Positions 13,510 to 25,039 of a DNA stretch of 64,000 nucleotides are shown here, piece after piece. Made by a program: the position numbers and the translations under genes. The notes beneath the pieces were generated by a model. The model saw only the letters and a list, made by a program, of their open reading frames with translations, searched no databases and was not told the DNA's origin. The stretch comes from Squalus acanthias (taxonomy: Eukaryota). Position 1 is the first letter of the stretch, and each line of letters begins with the position of its first letter. Where the stretch lies: NCBI GenBank assembly GCA_030390025.1, contig CM059425.1, forward strand, positions 175,586,001 through 175,650,000. The letters are read 5' to 3'.

Positions 13510-15325
13510 GAATCATAGAATGGTTACAGCACAGAAGGAGGCCATTCGGCCCGCCGAGCACATGCTGGCTCTCTGCAAGAGCACTTCAGCTAGTCCCACT
13601 CCCCCGCCCTTTCCCTGTAGCCTTGCAATTTTTTTCTTTCAGGTACTTATCCAATTCCCTTTTGAAAGCCATGATTGAATCTGTCTCCACCACCCTTTCA
13701 GCCAATGCATTCCAGATCATAACCACTTGCTGCGTAAATTTTTTTTTCCTCATGTCACTTTGGATCTTCTGCCAATCACCTTAAATCTGTGTCCTCTGGT
13801 TCTTGATCCTTCCGCCAATGGGAACAGTTTCTCTCTATCTACTCTGTCTAGGCCCCTTATGATTTTGAACACCTCTATCAAGTCTCCTCTCAATCTTCTC
13901 TGCTTCAAGGAGAACAACCCCAGCTTCTCGAGTCTATCCACGTAACTGAAGTCCCTCATCCCTGGAACCATTCTTGTAAATCTTTTCTGCACGCTCTCTA
14001 AAGCCCCCACATCCTTCCTAAAGTGCGGTGCCCAGAATTGGACACAATACTCCAGTTGTGGCCGAACCAGTGTTTTATAAAGGTTCATCATAACTTCCTT
14101 GCTTTTGTACTCTATGCCTGTATTTATAAAGCCCAGGATCCCGTATGCTTTTTTAACCGCTTTCTCAACCTGCCCTGCCACCTTCAACGATTTGTGCACA
14201 TATACCCCCAGGTCTCTCTGTTTAACAAATCTGTGCTGGCTTCCCTTACTTAATCCACACTTGTCCAAGTGATTGTTAATTTTGTCCCGGATTATCATTT
14301 CTAAAAGCTTCCCCACCACCGAAGTTAAGCTGACTGGCCTGTAGTTGCTGGGTTTATCCTTACACCCTTTTTTGAACAAGAGTGTAATATTTGCAATTCT
14401 CCAGTCCTCTGCCACCACCCCCGTATCCAAGGAGGATTGGAAGTTTATGGCCAGTGCCTCCGCAATTTCTGCCTTTACTTCCCTCAGCATCCTAGGATGC
14501 ATCCCATCCGGTCCTGGTGACTTATCTACTTTAAGTACAGCCAGCCTTTCTAGTACCTCCTCTTTATCAATTTTTAGCCCATCTAGTATCTCAACTACCT
14601 CCTCTTTCACTATGATTTTGGCAGCATCTTCTTCCTTGGTAAAGACAGATGCAAAGTACTCATTTAGTACCTCAGCCATGCCCTCTGCCTCCTTGCGTAG
14701 GTCTCCCTTTTGGTCCCTAATTGGCCTCACCCTTCCTCTTACTACAAATTTACTATTTATATGTCTATAGAAGACTTCTGGATTCCTTTTATGTTAGCTG
14801 TCAGTCTATTCTCATACTTTCTCTTTGCCCCTCTTATTTTCTTTTTCACTTCCCCTCTGAACTTTCTTTATTCAGCCTGGTTCTCACTTGTATTCTCAAC
14901 TTGACACCTGTCATAAGCCCCTTTTTTCTGCTTCACTTTACTCTCTCTCTCTTTTGTCATCCAGGGAGCTCTGGCTTTGGTTGCCCTACCTTTCCCCCTC
15001 GTGGGAATGTACCTCGACTGTACCCGAACCATCTCCTCTTCAAAGGCAGCCCATTGTTCGATTACAGTTTTGCCTGCCAATCTTTGATTCCAATTTACCC
15101 GGGCCAGGTCCGTTCTCAACCCACTGAAATTGGCCCTCTTCCAATTAAGTATTCTAACTCTAGATTGCTCCTTGTCCTTTTCCATAGCTAATCTAAACCT
15201 TATTATACTATGATCACTGTTCCCTAAATGATCCCCTACTGACACTTGATCCACCTGATCCACCTCATTCCCCAGAACCAGGGCCAACCATGCCTCCTTC
15301 CTCGTTGGGCCGGAAACATATTTAA
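13510..15325 (-). mobile_element. CR1 LINE, 5'-truncated, with internal RT deletion near 14220
   Basis: ORFs 14868-15341 and 13750-14730 (KSPGPDGMHPR, NYRPVSLTS, then a jump to [14 protein letters not shown]); TTCTATGA tail near 13510. Confidence 0.92.
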
Positions 15326-15359
15326 TGAATATACAATCCACCAGAGGACCTTTCTGAAG

Positions 15360-16600
15360 AGTTGTGTGTAAGTAAAGTGTGCTTCAGCGCAATAGAGCAG
15401 CCCAGAGACCGGCAGCCATGCTCATCTGTCCGCAGTGCTTTTTTGGTGGCTATGAAGGTGGCCACCGTTCTCAATTTCTATGGCAAGGGTTATTTCAGGT
15501 AGCCACACGGGATCCAGTATGGGCTTTGTCAGGTCACTGACACCCTTCACAGAACAGCAGGCCAATTTGTCACCTTTATCATTACAACAAGGCAGCAGCA
15601 AGATAGGCACGTCCAGTTTTATAGCGTTGCTGTTTGTCCCAAGGTCCAGGGTGCAATTGATGGCACCCAGATTGCTTTGAGGGCACCTACTCAAATGGAA
15701 GAGCTTCCACTCTCCCAATGTTCAGTTAGCATGCAACAACAATCAAAGGATCATGTACTATGTGCACGATGTCTTCATCCTTTGTAATTTGTTCTTCCCT
15801 GACCTCTTCAGGGAAGGAAATCAAATCAATGGCTTTTGGGATGCTTCACGGGGATGCCAAGGCAACAATCTAGATACTCAGTCAGTTAGCTGGTGCCGGC
15901 ACATTTCTGCCAACCATTGCATCTCTCAAAGCAACAGCTGAATGCCTCCCCACAAGCTCTAAGGCCTTTCCTTGAACGGGGTGAGGTATTTAAGATTGGG
16001 AAGCCTCCTCCAGTGCCCAGCCTGAGATGGATATTCTGCATTAATTTCACTTTCACAAAGATAAAAAGAATAAATGAGAGTAAGACTAGTGGCTGAGGAG
16101 TGTCTGCCAAGTGCCATGGGAGAGGTGAAGTAAAACTGTGGGAGTATGAGGCTGTTAAGTGGAGAAAGGGGTTTTAGGGTTGTTCAAGGCAAGTAATTGC
16201 TGTGAGGGGAGTGGGGTAGACATAGTGCACGATGCCGAGTTGGAGCACCCTTAACCAGAGAGCACTGTGAAAGGTTAGTTGAGCAAGTGCTTTAAGAGGG
16301 TGAACAATGTACTGGTACCCAAGGTGGGCAAAAAAGAAAAGGGAGAGTGTCCAGTGTTACTTACCTGCCTTGCTGAAGATGTGGAACTTTTTTTCTGGCA
16401 CTGTTCTGTAGTCCTGGGAGTGAGGGAGTTGGCAGTCACTGTCAGTGTCCTCCAGGTGGTGAGACAGGTTTCGTGACACGCACACCCAGGAGTCTGTGTT
16501 TTGCGTTTCTATTTCTTCCAGGAGGGCTTGGAGATATGAATTAGTGAAGTTCTGTGGTCTTCTTCTCTGACATGGTGCCATTCCCTGCTGCCTTCATGCT
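15360..16600 (-). mobile_element. Ancient PIF/Harbinger relic (transposase and Myb/SANT fragments)
   Basis: LGAINCT (cf. GAIDCT) in 15422-15718; RRPQNFTNSYLQALLEEIE..KKFHIFSK plus GTAAGT donor resembles the Myb exon 1 at 30817. Confidence 0.55.
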
Positions 16601-17784
16601 GATATTGTCATACTTCTTGAAAAATATGATAAAAATATATCTGATCAGTGTTTTTAAAGGCTGCACATGAGTTTCCATGCAGTCCAGCTACTTACACCTG
16701 TTTTACACAGCTTTTACACCAATGCCTGTTCCAATGCTATGTGAATGAGCAAACCCCAGAGACCTGCATGTCGCTCCCTCTGCAGGCCACAGGCAACACT
16801 TTTTAAAGGTCAAGAGCAATGTAACTCCCCCTTAGACTAAACGTGCCTAAACACCATTGAACACCTCATGTACCGAAGATGATTAAGTTGCGTTCATTTT
16901 AATATATCTTGCAAGTTTTTTTTATTTTGCAGAAAAGGAAGTGTCAACTGTCCCAAAGTAAAACAAACTGACCATATTCCATTCTCTGAAAATGTATTTC
17001 GATTGCTTGATGAGCTGTGTGCCCCAGTCCGCACCTGAACTGCCCCTTCCTCTTGTTTCAGCTGAAATATGCAATAGTGGACAATAGCTCCCAATCCATT
17101 GAATGGGACTGAAAAATCGTCTGTGCTATTTGTTTCTGTCAGTGCTGCACTCATATCATAGGTGGGGGAGGGTGCGTATAGAACAAAGAGTAAGAGGGAA
17201 CATGAAAGTCCTGAAGGAAAATAATCTTGGCAATAGTTCTCTTTTAATGTTCTTGAACTGTGGTGCAGCACTCTGCAGGGAATGCATTGTTAACAAGAGT
17301 AAATAAGCTTTTGTGAGGAAGTGTGGGTCTGACAGGATAAACAGTCAGCTTCAGCTATGTACTCTTCTGGCTTCTGTTCAATACTTCCTGACATTGAAGA
17401 GCAAAAACTATTTGTGAAAGTCAAGGAAATCAGATTCTGAGTTATATGAGCTGGGTTTAGCAGAAAATTGATGTAGTGCTTTTTTGTGCAGGATACCAGT
17501 AAAAGAAGTTGACTGACTATGTGACTTTACTTTGCTATGGAATGTATTTCATTTAACTTGTGCTAAGAACACGAGCAGTGGGAAACAATGACTGTTACAC
17601 CGTTTCACCTTCAGTGCTGAGTTCAGCCGAAGCAGCACATCGAATGAATGTCAGGCACTGACACTTGGCTGAGCATTGATGGTTATCAGTGTAAAGAAGA
17701 TTGGTGCAATCTCTTTTGTACTCTAAAGAACAAAGGGCTTTAAGGCAAAATGATTCCTTAATGAAAAAATGGAAGTGAGTCAAT

Positions 17785-20238
17785 GGGCTGGATTTCCAAG
17801 CCCCGAGGAGGTGGGCATGGAGGCGGGACAGCCGGTAAACTCGGAGAAAGTGGGGGCGGATGACAAAGCCGCTCCCATCCCACCTCCGTGCCCTTTTGCC
17901 AGGAGGCAGGAAGATGTGCAGCTTCGGGTCCCGTCTCCTGGAGGCGGGAAAGGCATTTAATCCTTTTAACTGCCTAGCAAAATTATTGGGACTAACAATT
18001 GATAAATCTCAAGGACCGGATGACCTACATCCTAGGGTTTTGAAAGAGGTGGCCATTGGGATAGTGGACGCATTGGTTGGCATCTTCCAAAATTCTATAG
18101 ATTCTGGAACGGTTCCTGCAGATTGGAGGATAGCAAATGTAACCCCGCTATTTAAGAAAGGAGGGAGAGAGAAAATGGGGAACTACAGACCTGTTAGCCT
18201 CACATCAGTAGTTGGGAAAATGCTGGAATCTATTATAAAGGATGCAATAACTGGGCACTTAGAAACTAATAGTAAGATTGGGCAGAGTCAACATGGATTT
18301 ATGAAAGGGAAGTCCTGTTTGACAAACCTATTGGCGTTCTTTGAGGATGTAACTAGTGGAGTAGACAAAGGGGAACCGGTAGATGTGGTGTATTTGGATT
18401 TTCAGAAGGCTTTCGATAAGGTCCCACACAAGAGGTTGGTGAACAAAATTAGGGCACATGGAATTGGGGGTAATATATTAGCATAGATTGAGAATTGGTT
18501 AACAGACAGGAAACAAAGAGTAGGGATAAACGGGTCTTTTTCAGGATGGCAGGCTGTGACTAGTGGGGTACCGCAAGGATCGGTGCTTGGGCCCCAGCTA
18601 TTCACAATCTATATCAATGATTTGGATGAGGGGACTAAATGTAACATTTCCAAATTTGCTGATGACACAAAGCTAGGTGGCAGTGTCAGTTGCGAAGAGG
18701 ATGTGAAGAGGCTTCAAGGGGATCTCGACAGGCTCAGTGAGTGGGCGAGAACATGGCAGATGGATTATATTGTGGATAAATGTGAAGTTATCCACTTTGG
18801 TAGAAAAAACAGAAAGGCAGAGTATTTCCTAAATGGTGCAAGATTGGGGAATGCAGATGCTCAAAGGGACCTGGGTGTCCTTGTACTTGAGTCACGGAAA
18901 GTGAATGTGCAGGTGCAGCAAGCCATTAGGAAGGCAAATGGTACGCTGGCCTTCATTACAAGAGGATTTGAGTACAGGAGTAAAGAAGTCTTACTCCAAT
19001 TATATAGGGCCTTGGTGAGACCACACCTGGAGTACTGTGTACAATTTTGGTCTCCTTACCTAAGGAAGGATATACTTGCCATAGAGGGAGTGCAATGAAG
19101 GTTCACGAGATTGATTCCTGGGATGGCGGGACTGTCGTATGAGAAGAGATTGAGTAAACTAGGCCTGTATTCTCTTGAATTCAGAAGAATGAGAGGGGAT
19201 CTCATTGAAGCATACAAAATTATTACAGGGCTTGATAGAGTGGATGCTGGGAGAATGTTTCCCTTGGCTGGGGAGTCTAGAACCAGGGACCACAGCCTCA
19301 GGATAAAGGGTAGGCCATTCAGGACTGAGATGAGAAGAAATTTCTTCACACAGAGGGTGGTGAATCTTTGGAATTCTCTACCCCAGAGGGCTGTGGAGGC
19401 TCAGTCATTGGGTATATTCAAAACAGAAGTCGATAGATTTCTGACTAGTAAGGGCATCAAGGGATATGGCGATAAGGCCGGTGAATGGAATTGAGGCAGA
19501 AGATCAGCCATGATCTCATTGAATGGTGGAGCAGGCTCGAAGGGCCGAATGGCCTACTCCTGCTCCTATTTCTTATGTTCTTATGTTAACAGGTAGTTAA
19601 CAGGCAGAAAAAAGGATTAGTGGCGTTTTACCTTCACAGGTGAAGGCTTCCCGACCTCGGAGAACCCCACCGGGTTGGAGGAGACGTGGAGGAGGTCTGC
19701 GGCGGTCGGAGGCACCTGGAAGTAAGGTGTAGAGGTGAGTGATGGGTGCAAGTGTGGAGTGGTAAGTATGCAAGGTGAGTGATAAGTTTTAAAAAGTGTT
19801 CACTTACCTTGTTTTCTTCCTACAGCCTTCAGCCGCGGTGGATCGGGAGAGCCGGCATCCTACTTGTCAATTTCACATACTGGCTGTTGGAACCTCCGTA
19901 CCAACAGCCATGTGAAATTTACACATTTGAAAGGTTTGATGAGTCCTGAACACAAGGACTCATCAAACTAAAGAGAATGTCAGTATTTGACAGCTTCACA
20001 GAGCTGTCAAACGCTGACATTTCTTCTTTCAAAAAGTCTTGACAGATAGCACGTCTGACGTTGACGTGCTATGTCAATGACTTCTTCCCTAATTGGCCTG
20101 CTGAGCCCGCAGGGCGGTCTTAACAAGCTCGATCAGGGGAAAATCCCTCTGGTTGGTAAGGCGAGGATGGAGGCGGGACATTGACACGACAAGCAGCTGT
20201 CCCGCCTCCAACTCGCCTCCACTCACAAAATCCAGCCA
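17785..20238. mobile_element. MITE-like non-autonomous DNA transposon split by a CR1 insertion
   Basis: Terminal inverted repeats GGGCTGGATTT / AAATCCAGCCA; GGAGGCGGGACA motif near both ends; no clean TSD. Confidence 0.6.
17975..19587 (+). mobile_element. CR1 LINE, 5'-truncated (RT and 3' end)
   Basis: ORFs 17860-18486, 18556-19098, 19111-19494: YLDFQKAFD, GVPQGSVLGP, KFADD; two in-frame stops; TTCTTATG tail. Confidence 0.95.
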
Positions 20239-20280
20239 ATTGTGTAAGAACTGGGAGCCTTTTGCCTCATAGCTGTCAAT

Positions 20281-20885
20281 AGAATCATAGAATCATAGAA
20301 TGGTTACAGCACAGAAGGAGGCCATTCAGCCCGTCAAGCACTTCAACTAGTCCCACTCCCCGGCCCTTTCCCTGTAACTCTGCAAATTTTTTTCTTTCAG
20401 GTACTAATCTAATTCCCTTTTGAAAGCCACAATTGAATCTGCCTCCATCACCCTTTCAGGCAGTGAATTCCAGATCCTAACCACTCGCTGCATAAATAAG
20501 TTTTCCCTCATGTCGCCTTTGGGTCTTCTACCAATCACCTTAAATCTGTGTCCTCTGGTTCTCGACCCTTCTGCCAATGGGAACAGTTTATCTCTATTTA
20601 CTCTGTCTAGACCGCCTCATGATTTTGAACACCTCTATCAAACCTCCTCTCAACCTTCTCTGCTCTAAGGAGAACAACCCCAGCTTCTCCAGTCTATCCA
20701 CATAACTGAAGTCCCTCATCCCTGGAACCATTCTTGTAAATCTTTTCTGTACCCTCTCTAAGGCCTTCACATCCTTCCTAAAGTGCAGTGCCCAGAATTG
20801 GACACAATACTCCAGTTGAAGCCGAAGTGTTTTGTAAAAGTTCATCATAACTTCCTTGTTTTTGTGCTCTATGCCTCTATTTATG
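20281..20885 (-). mobile_element. CR1 LINE 3' fragment
   Basis: Near-identical to 13510-14125; TTCTATGA repeat tail. Confidence 0.92.
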
Positions 20886-20975
20886 AATGATGTGGAGATG
20901 CCGGTGTTGGACTGGGGTGGACAAATGTGAGAAGTCGCACAACACCAGGTTACAGTCCAAAAGCTTTATTTGAAA

Positions 20976-21012
20976 TCACAAGCTTTCGGAGCACTGCTCC
21001 TTCGTCAGGTGA
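20976..21012 (-). ncRNA. Minimal type I hammerhead ribozyme in Penelope pLTR
   Basis: TCAC-CTGACGA-A-GGAGC-AGT-GCTCC-GAA-AGCT-T-GTGA. Confidence 0.75.
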
Positions 21013-21344
21013 AGTGAAGAGGTGCATATAGGCACAGCATATATAGTCAGAGAACACTGCCAGATGATTACAGTTAATCTTTCTAACTGCCCTTTATCAC
21101 ACCTCAGCAGAGAGATAATCACGGCAATCAAAGGTGTGGATGGTGTCCAAACAGGTCAGTCAGGAAAACATTACATCAAAGACAATGAGGTGGGGTCACA
21201 AGGGGTCAAATATGGCAGATGCTGGGGTCTGTATGGAAAACAAAAAACTTTTTTTGCTGGAAATCACAGCAGGTCCGTCCGCATCTGTGTAGAGAGAACA
21301 AGCCAACGACGACTCAAGTCTGGATGACTCTACATCAGGTGGGG

Positions 21345-22712
21345 TTACATGTAGCGTGACATGAACCCAAGATCCCGGTTGAGGCCGTCCTCATGGGTGC
21401 GGAACTTGGCTATCAGCTTCTGCGCGACGATTTTGCGTTGTTGTGTGTCTCGAAGGCCGCCTTGGAGAACGCTTACCCGAAGATCGGAGGCTGAATGTCC
21501 TTGACTGCTGAAGTGTTCCCCGACTGGGAGGGAACACTCCTGCCTGGCAATTGTTGCGCAGTGTCCGTTCATACATTGTCGCAGTGTCTGCATGGTCTCA
21601 CCGATGTACCATGCTCCGGGGCATCCTTTCCTGCAATGTATGAGGTAGACAACGTTGGCTGAGTCACATGAGTATGTACCATGTACCTGGTGGGTGGTGT
21701 CCTCACGTGTGATGATGGTATCTGTGTTGATGATCTGGCATGTCTTGCAGAGGTTGCCGTGGCAGGGTTGTGTGGTGTCGTGGTCGCTGTTCTCCTGAAA
21801 GCTGGGTAATTTGCTGCGAACGATGGTCTGTTTGAGGTTAGGCGGCTGTTTGAAGGCGAGTAGTGGAGGCGTGGAGATGGCCTTAGCGAGGTGTTCGTCA
21901 TCATCGATGACATGTTGAAGGCTGCGAAGAACATGGCATCGTTTCTCCGCTCCGGGGAAGTACTGGACGACATAGGGTACTCTGTTGGTTGTGTCCTGTG
22001 TTTGTCTTCTGAGGATGTCGATGCGATTTTTCGCTGTGGCCTGTCGGAACTGTCGATCGACGAGTCGAGCGTCATATTCCGTTCTTACGAGGGCGTCTTT
22101 CAGCGTCTGTAGGTGTCCATCGCGTTCCTCCTCGTCTGAGCAGATCCTGTGTATTCGCAGGGCTTGTCCATAGGGGATGGCTTCTTTAATGTGGTTAGGG
22201 TGGAAGCTGGAGAAGTGGAGCATCGTGAGGTTGTCCGTGGGCTTGCGGTAGAGTGAAGTGCTGAGGTGTCTGTCTTTGATGGAGATTCGTGTGTCCAAGA
22301 ATGAAACCGATTCTGAGGAGTAGTCCATGGTGAGTTTGATGGTGGGATGGAACTTGTTGATGTTATCGTGTAGTCTTTTCAGTGATTCTTCGCCGTGGGT
22401 CCATAGGAAGAAAATGTCGTCGATGTATCTGGTGTATAGCGTTGGTTGGAGGTCCTGTGCAGCGAAGAAGTCTTGCTCGAACTTGTGCATGAAGATGTTG
22501 GCGTATTGGGGTGCGAATTTGGTCCCCATGGCTGTTCCGTGTGTTTGGGTAAAAAACTGGTTGTCGAAGGTGAAGACATTGTGGTCAAGGATGAAGCGGA
22601 TGAGTTGTAGGATGGCGTCTGGAGATTGGCTGTTGTTGGTGTTGAGTACTGAGGCTGTCGCAGCGATGCCGTCATCGTGGGGGATACTGGTGTAGAGTGC
22701 CGATACGTCCAT
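21345..22712 (-). CDS. Penelope RT C-terminal half + Cys-rich linker + GIY-YIG endonuclease (455 aa open, N-truncated)
   Basis: DVSALYTSIP, GTAMG, RYIDDIF, PCHGNLCKTC linker, NVVYLIHC..WYIGET. Confidence 0.9.
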   Translation of the reverse strand: MDVSALYTSIPHDDGIAATASVLNTNNSQSPDAILQLIRFILDHNVFTFDNQFFTQTHGTAMGTKFAPQYANIFMHKFEQDFFAAQDLQPTLYTRYIDDIFFLWTHGEESLKRLHDNINKFHPTIKLTMDYSSESVSFLDTRISIKDRHLSTSLYRKPTDNLTMLHFSSFHPNHIKEAIPYGQALRIHRICSDEEERDGHLQTLKDALVRTEYDARLVDRQFRQATAKNRIDILRRQTQDTTNRVPYVVQYFPGAEKRCHVLRSLQHVIDDDEHLAKAISTPPLLAFKQPPNLKQTIVRSKLPSFQENSDHDTTQPCHGNLCKTCQIINTDTIITREDTTHQVHGTYSCDSANVVYLIHCRKGCPGAWYIGETMQTLRQCMNGHCATIARQECSLPVGEHFSSQGHSASDLRVSVLQGGLRDTQQRKIVAQKLIAKFRTHEDGLNRDLGFMSRYM

Positions 22713-22764
22713 CGTGGCGAGGAGTGTTCCTGGTTCAACTGGTCCGTGGGTGCTATATACTATA

Positions 22765-23502
22765 TACTCTTGCTACTGACTCCATCTTCCTTCCCAGTTA
22801 CTGCCTTAGGCTGAATCAGACCCTTTGAAACTTTGGCATCCTGTTTGACCCTGAACTGACATTTAAACCCTATAATCTATCCATCACCAAGACTACTTAC
22901 TTCCACCTCCACAAGATTTCCCATCTCAGCCCCTTCACTACAGAAACTGTTATTCAAGCTTCACCTCCAGACTCAAATAGACTAATGCTCCCCTTGGTGG
23001 CTTCCTACCCTCCACCTTTCAGAAGCTCAAACTTATTCCAAACTGTTGCACGTACCCTGTTGAAGTCTAGCTTACCAATCACTTAGTCCCTACTAACCTA
23101 CATTGGCTCCCTGTTTCCCAATGCATGAAGTTTAAAATGCTTGTCCTTGTCTTTCAATCACTCTGTGGTCTCACCCCACGCTAACTCTGAAATCTCTTCC
23201 AGCCCCATATTTCCTCCCAAACACTTTGTTCTTCTGTGAATGCCCCCCTCCCTGTGGCCACCCCACTGGTGGCACAGCCTTCAGCTATCTCACTCCTACC
23301 CTTTGAAATTCCCTCCTTAAACGTTTCTGCCTCTCTCCAACTGCAAAAACCTTCTCAAACCCCATCTTTTCAGCCAAGTGTTTGGTTACTCCTACTAAAC
23401 TCTGCGTTCCTAGCTCACTTGTTTCCTTACGCTATTGGTGAAGAGGCTTGTGCTATTTCTTTACATTAAGCATGCTATATCAATGCAAGTTACTGTTGTT
23501 GT
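22765..23502 (+). mobile_element. L2 LINE 3' fragment (degenerate)
   Basis: Similar to reverse complement of 60815-61600; ends ctatatcaatgcaagttactgttgttg. Confidence 0.7.
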
Positions 23503-23644
23503 AAACAGGCTATTATTCAAAGGTTAAACTGTTGAGTTTAGAGATCTATTTGGCTTTTAAAACTTTCTCCTGATAAAAATCTGACCTTAAACCTAGCAGA
23601 TAATGTGTTAAATTGGTGTAATGTAAGATCCCAGTAGCTGCGGC

Positions 23645-24100
23645 TGTGTCAGCTGTGGCTCAGTGGGTAGCATACTCATCTCTGAGTCAGAAGGTTGTGG
23701 GTTCAAGTCCCACATCAGAGACTTGAGCACAAAAATCTAGGCTGACACTCCAGTGCGGTGCTATACTGTCAGAGGTGCTGTCTTTCGGATGAGACGTTAA
23801 ACCAAGGCCCTGTCTGCCCTCTCAGGTGGATGTAAAAGATCCCATGGCACTATTTTGAAAAAGAGCAGGGGAGTTATCCCTGGTGTCCTGGCCAATATTT
23901 ATTCCTCAATCATCATAACAAAAACAGATTATCTGGCCATGATCACATTGCTGTCTGTGGGAGCTTGCTGTGTGCAAATTGACTGCCACGTTTCCTACAT
24001 TACAACAGTGACTACACTCCAAAATACTTCATTGACTGTAAAGCGCTTAGGGACATCCGGTGGTCGTGAAAGGCGCTATATAAATGCAAGTCTTTCTTTC
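23645..24100 (+). mobile_element. tRNA-derived DeuSINE-like element (SacSINE1-like)
   Basis: A box TGGCTCAGTGG, B box GGTTCAAGTCC, core gtggatgtaaaagatcccatggcactatt, L2-like tail aaaggcgctatataaatgcaag. Confidence 0.85.
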
Positions 24101-25039
24101 TATCTTTTATAATACTTTCTTGCTTGCATGCATGTTAACAATGAGAATTTGGGTAATTTCGGACTTCAAATTCAGAAAACATGGGAGGGTCCAAAATGTG
24201 GGTCAACCAAGCCTAGTTTTGAAGTATAAATTTTAAGTTCATGCTTTGCAAGCCCGAGAAAGAAAAAACAAAATTTAGAGAGGGAATTCCAGAGAATGGG
24301 ACCAAAGCAGCTGATGTCTCTGCCACTGATACTTGAGTGAAGAGAAGGTAGGACACAGGAGGTCAGAGTCTGGGGAACAAAGGCTATGCAGTGGGGTGTA
24401 GGTTACAGGAGTCAGGACAGACAAAGCCATGAGCAGGGATTTATAAATGAGGATGAAGATTTTGAATTGAGTGCATTAAAGGATAGGGAACCAATAGAGG
24501 TCAATGAGGACAGGATGTGGGCAGAGATTTGGACAAGTTGGACTTTGTGTAAGATGGAGTTTGAGCAGCAAGAGAGGAGGTGTTGGAATAATTGAGTGAC
24601 AAGTGTAAGAGATTGATAACATTCAAAATTATCTGAATTGATTAAGTAGATAGGCTTAAGAATGAGTCATGGGCTTTACAATAGTTATGTTGTGCACACT
24701 GGGACTGAAAACATGAAACATCAGCACAATGAAAGCATATCCAGTAGCAAAGGTGGAAAAGGATTTGAATGATTATTGACTGCACACATCCAGTCAATGT
24801 GAAGCCAGTATCAATGAGATTAATCATATACTACACAAGCTTTTTTAACCTCATACAGATTTGCAATAGTATGCATAGTTTAGGTACCCTACCTAAGAAG
24901 AGCATTTAATACATTGCAGATGGTTTAGAGAAAAACTCTAAGTTATCAAGCAAGATTCATAGCACTGAACATTTTTTCCATAAAGAACAGAGTTTCCGAG
25001 GAGTGTTATTCTAAGTTTTATAATGTTCAGAAGTGTTCA

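Larger units (their letters stand above)
20888..22755 (-). mobile_element. Penelope-like element (Neptune-type), 5'-truncated, with 3' pseudo-LTR
   Basis: RT plus GIY-YIG ORF; pLTR homologous to 54790-54950 and carrying a hammerhead. Confidence 0.92.

Noticed and set aside
13750..14730. Intact 326-aa gene
   Set aside because: CR1 ORF2 with the RT catalytic core deleted in frame
19934..19968. Hammerhead ribozyme (TGATGAGTCC..GGAC)
   Set aside because: Lacks the initial C and the GAAA core; simply a perfect hairpin
23645..23715. tRNA gene
   Set aside because: A/B boxes continue into the SINE body; not a stand-alone tRNA
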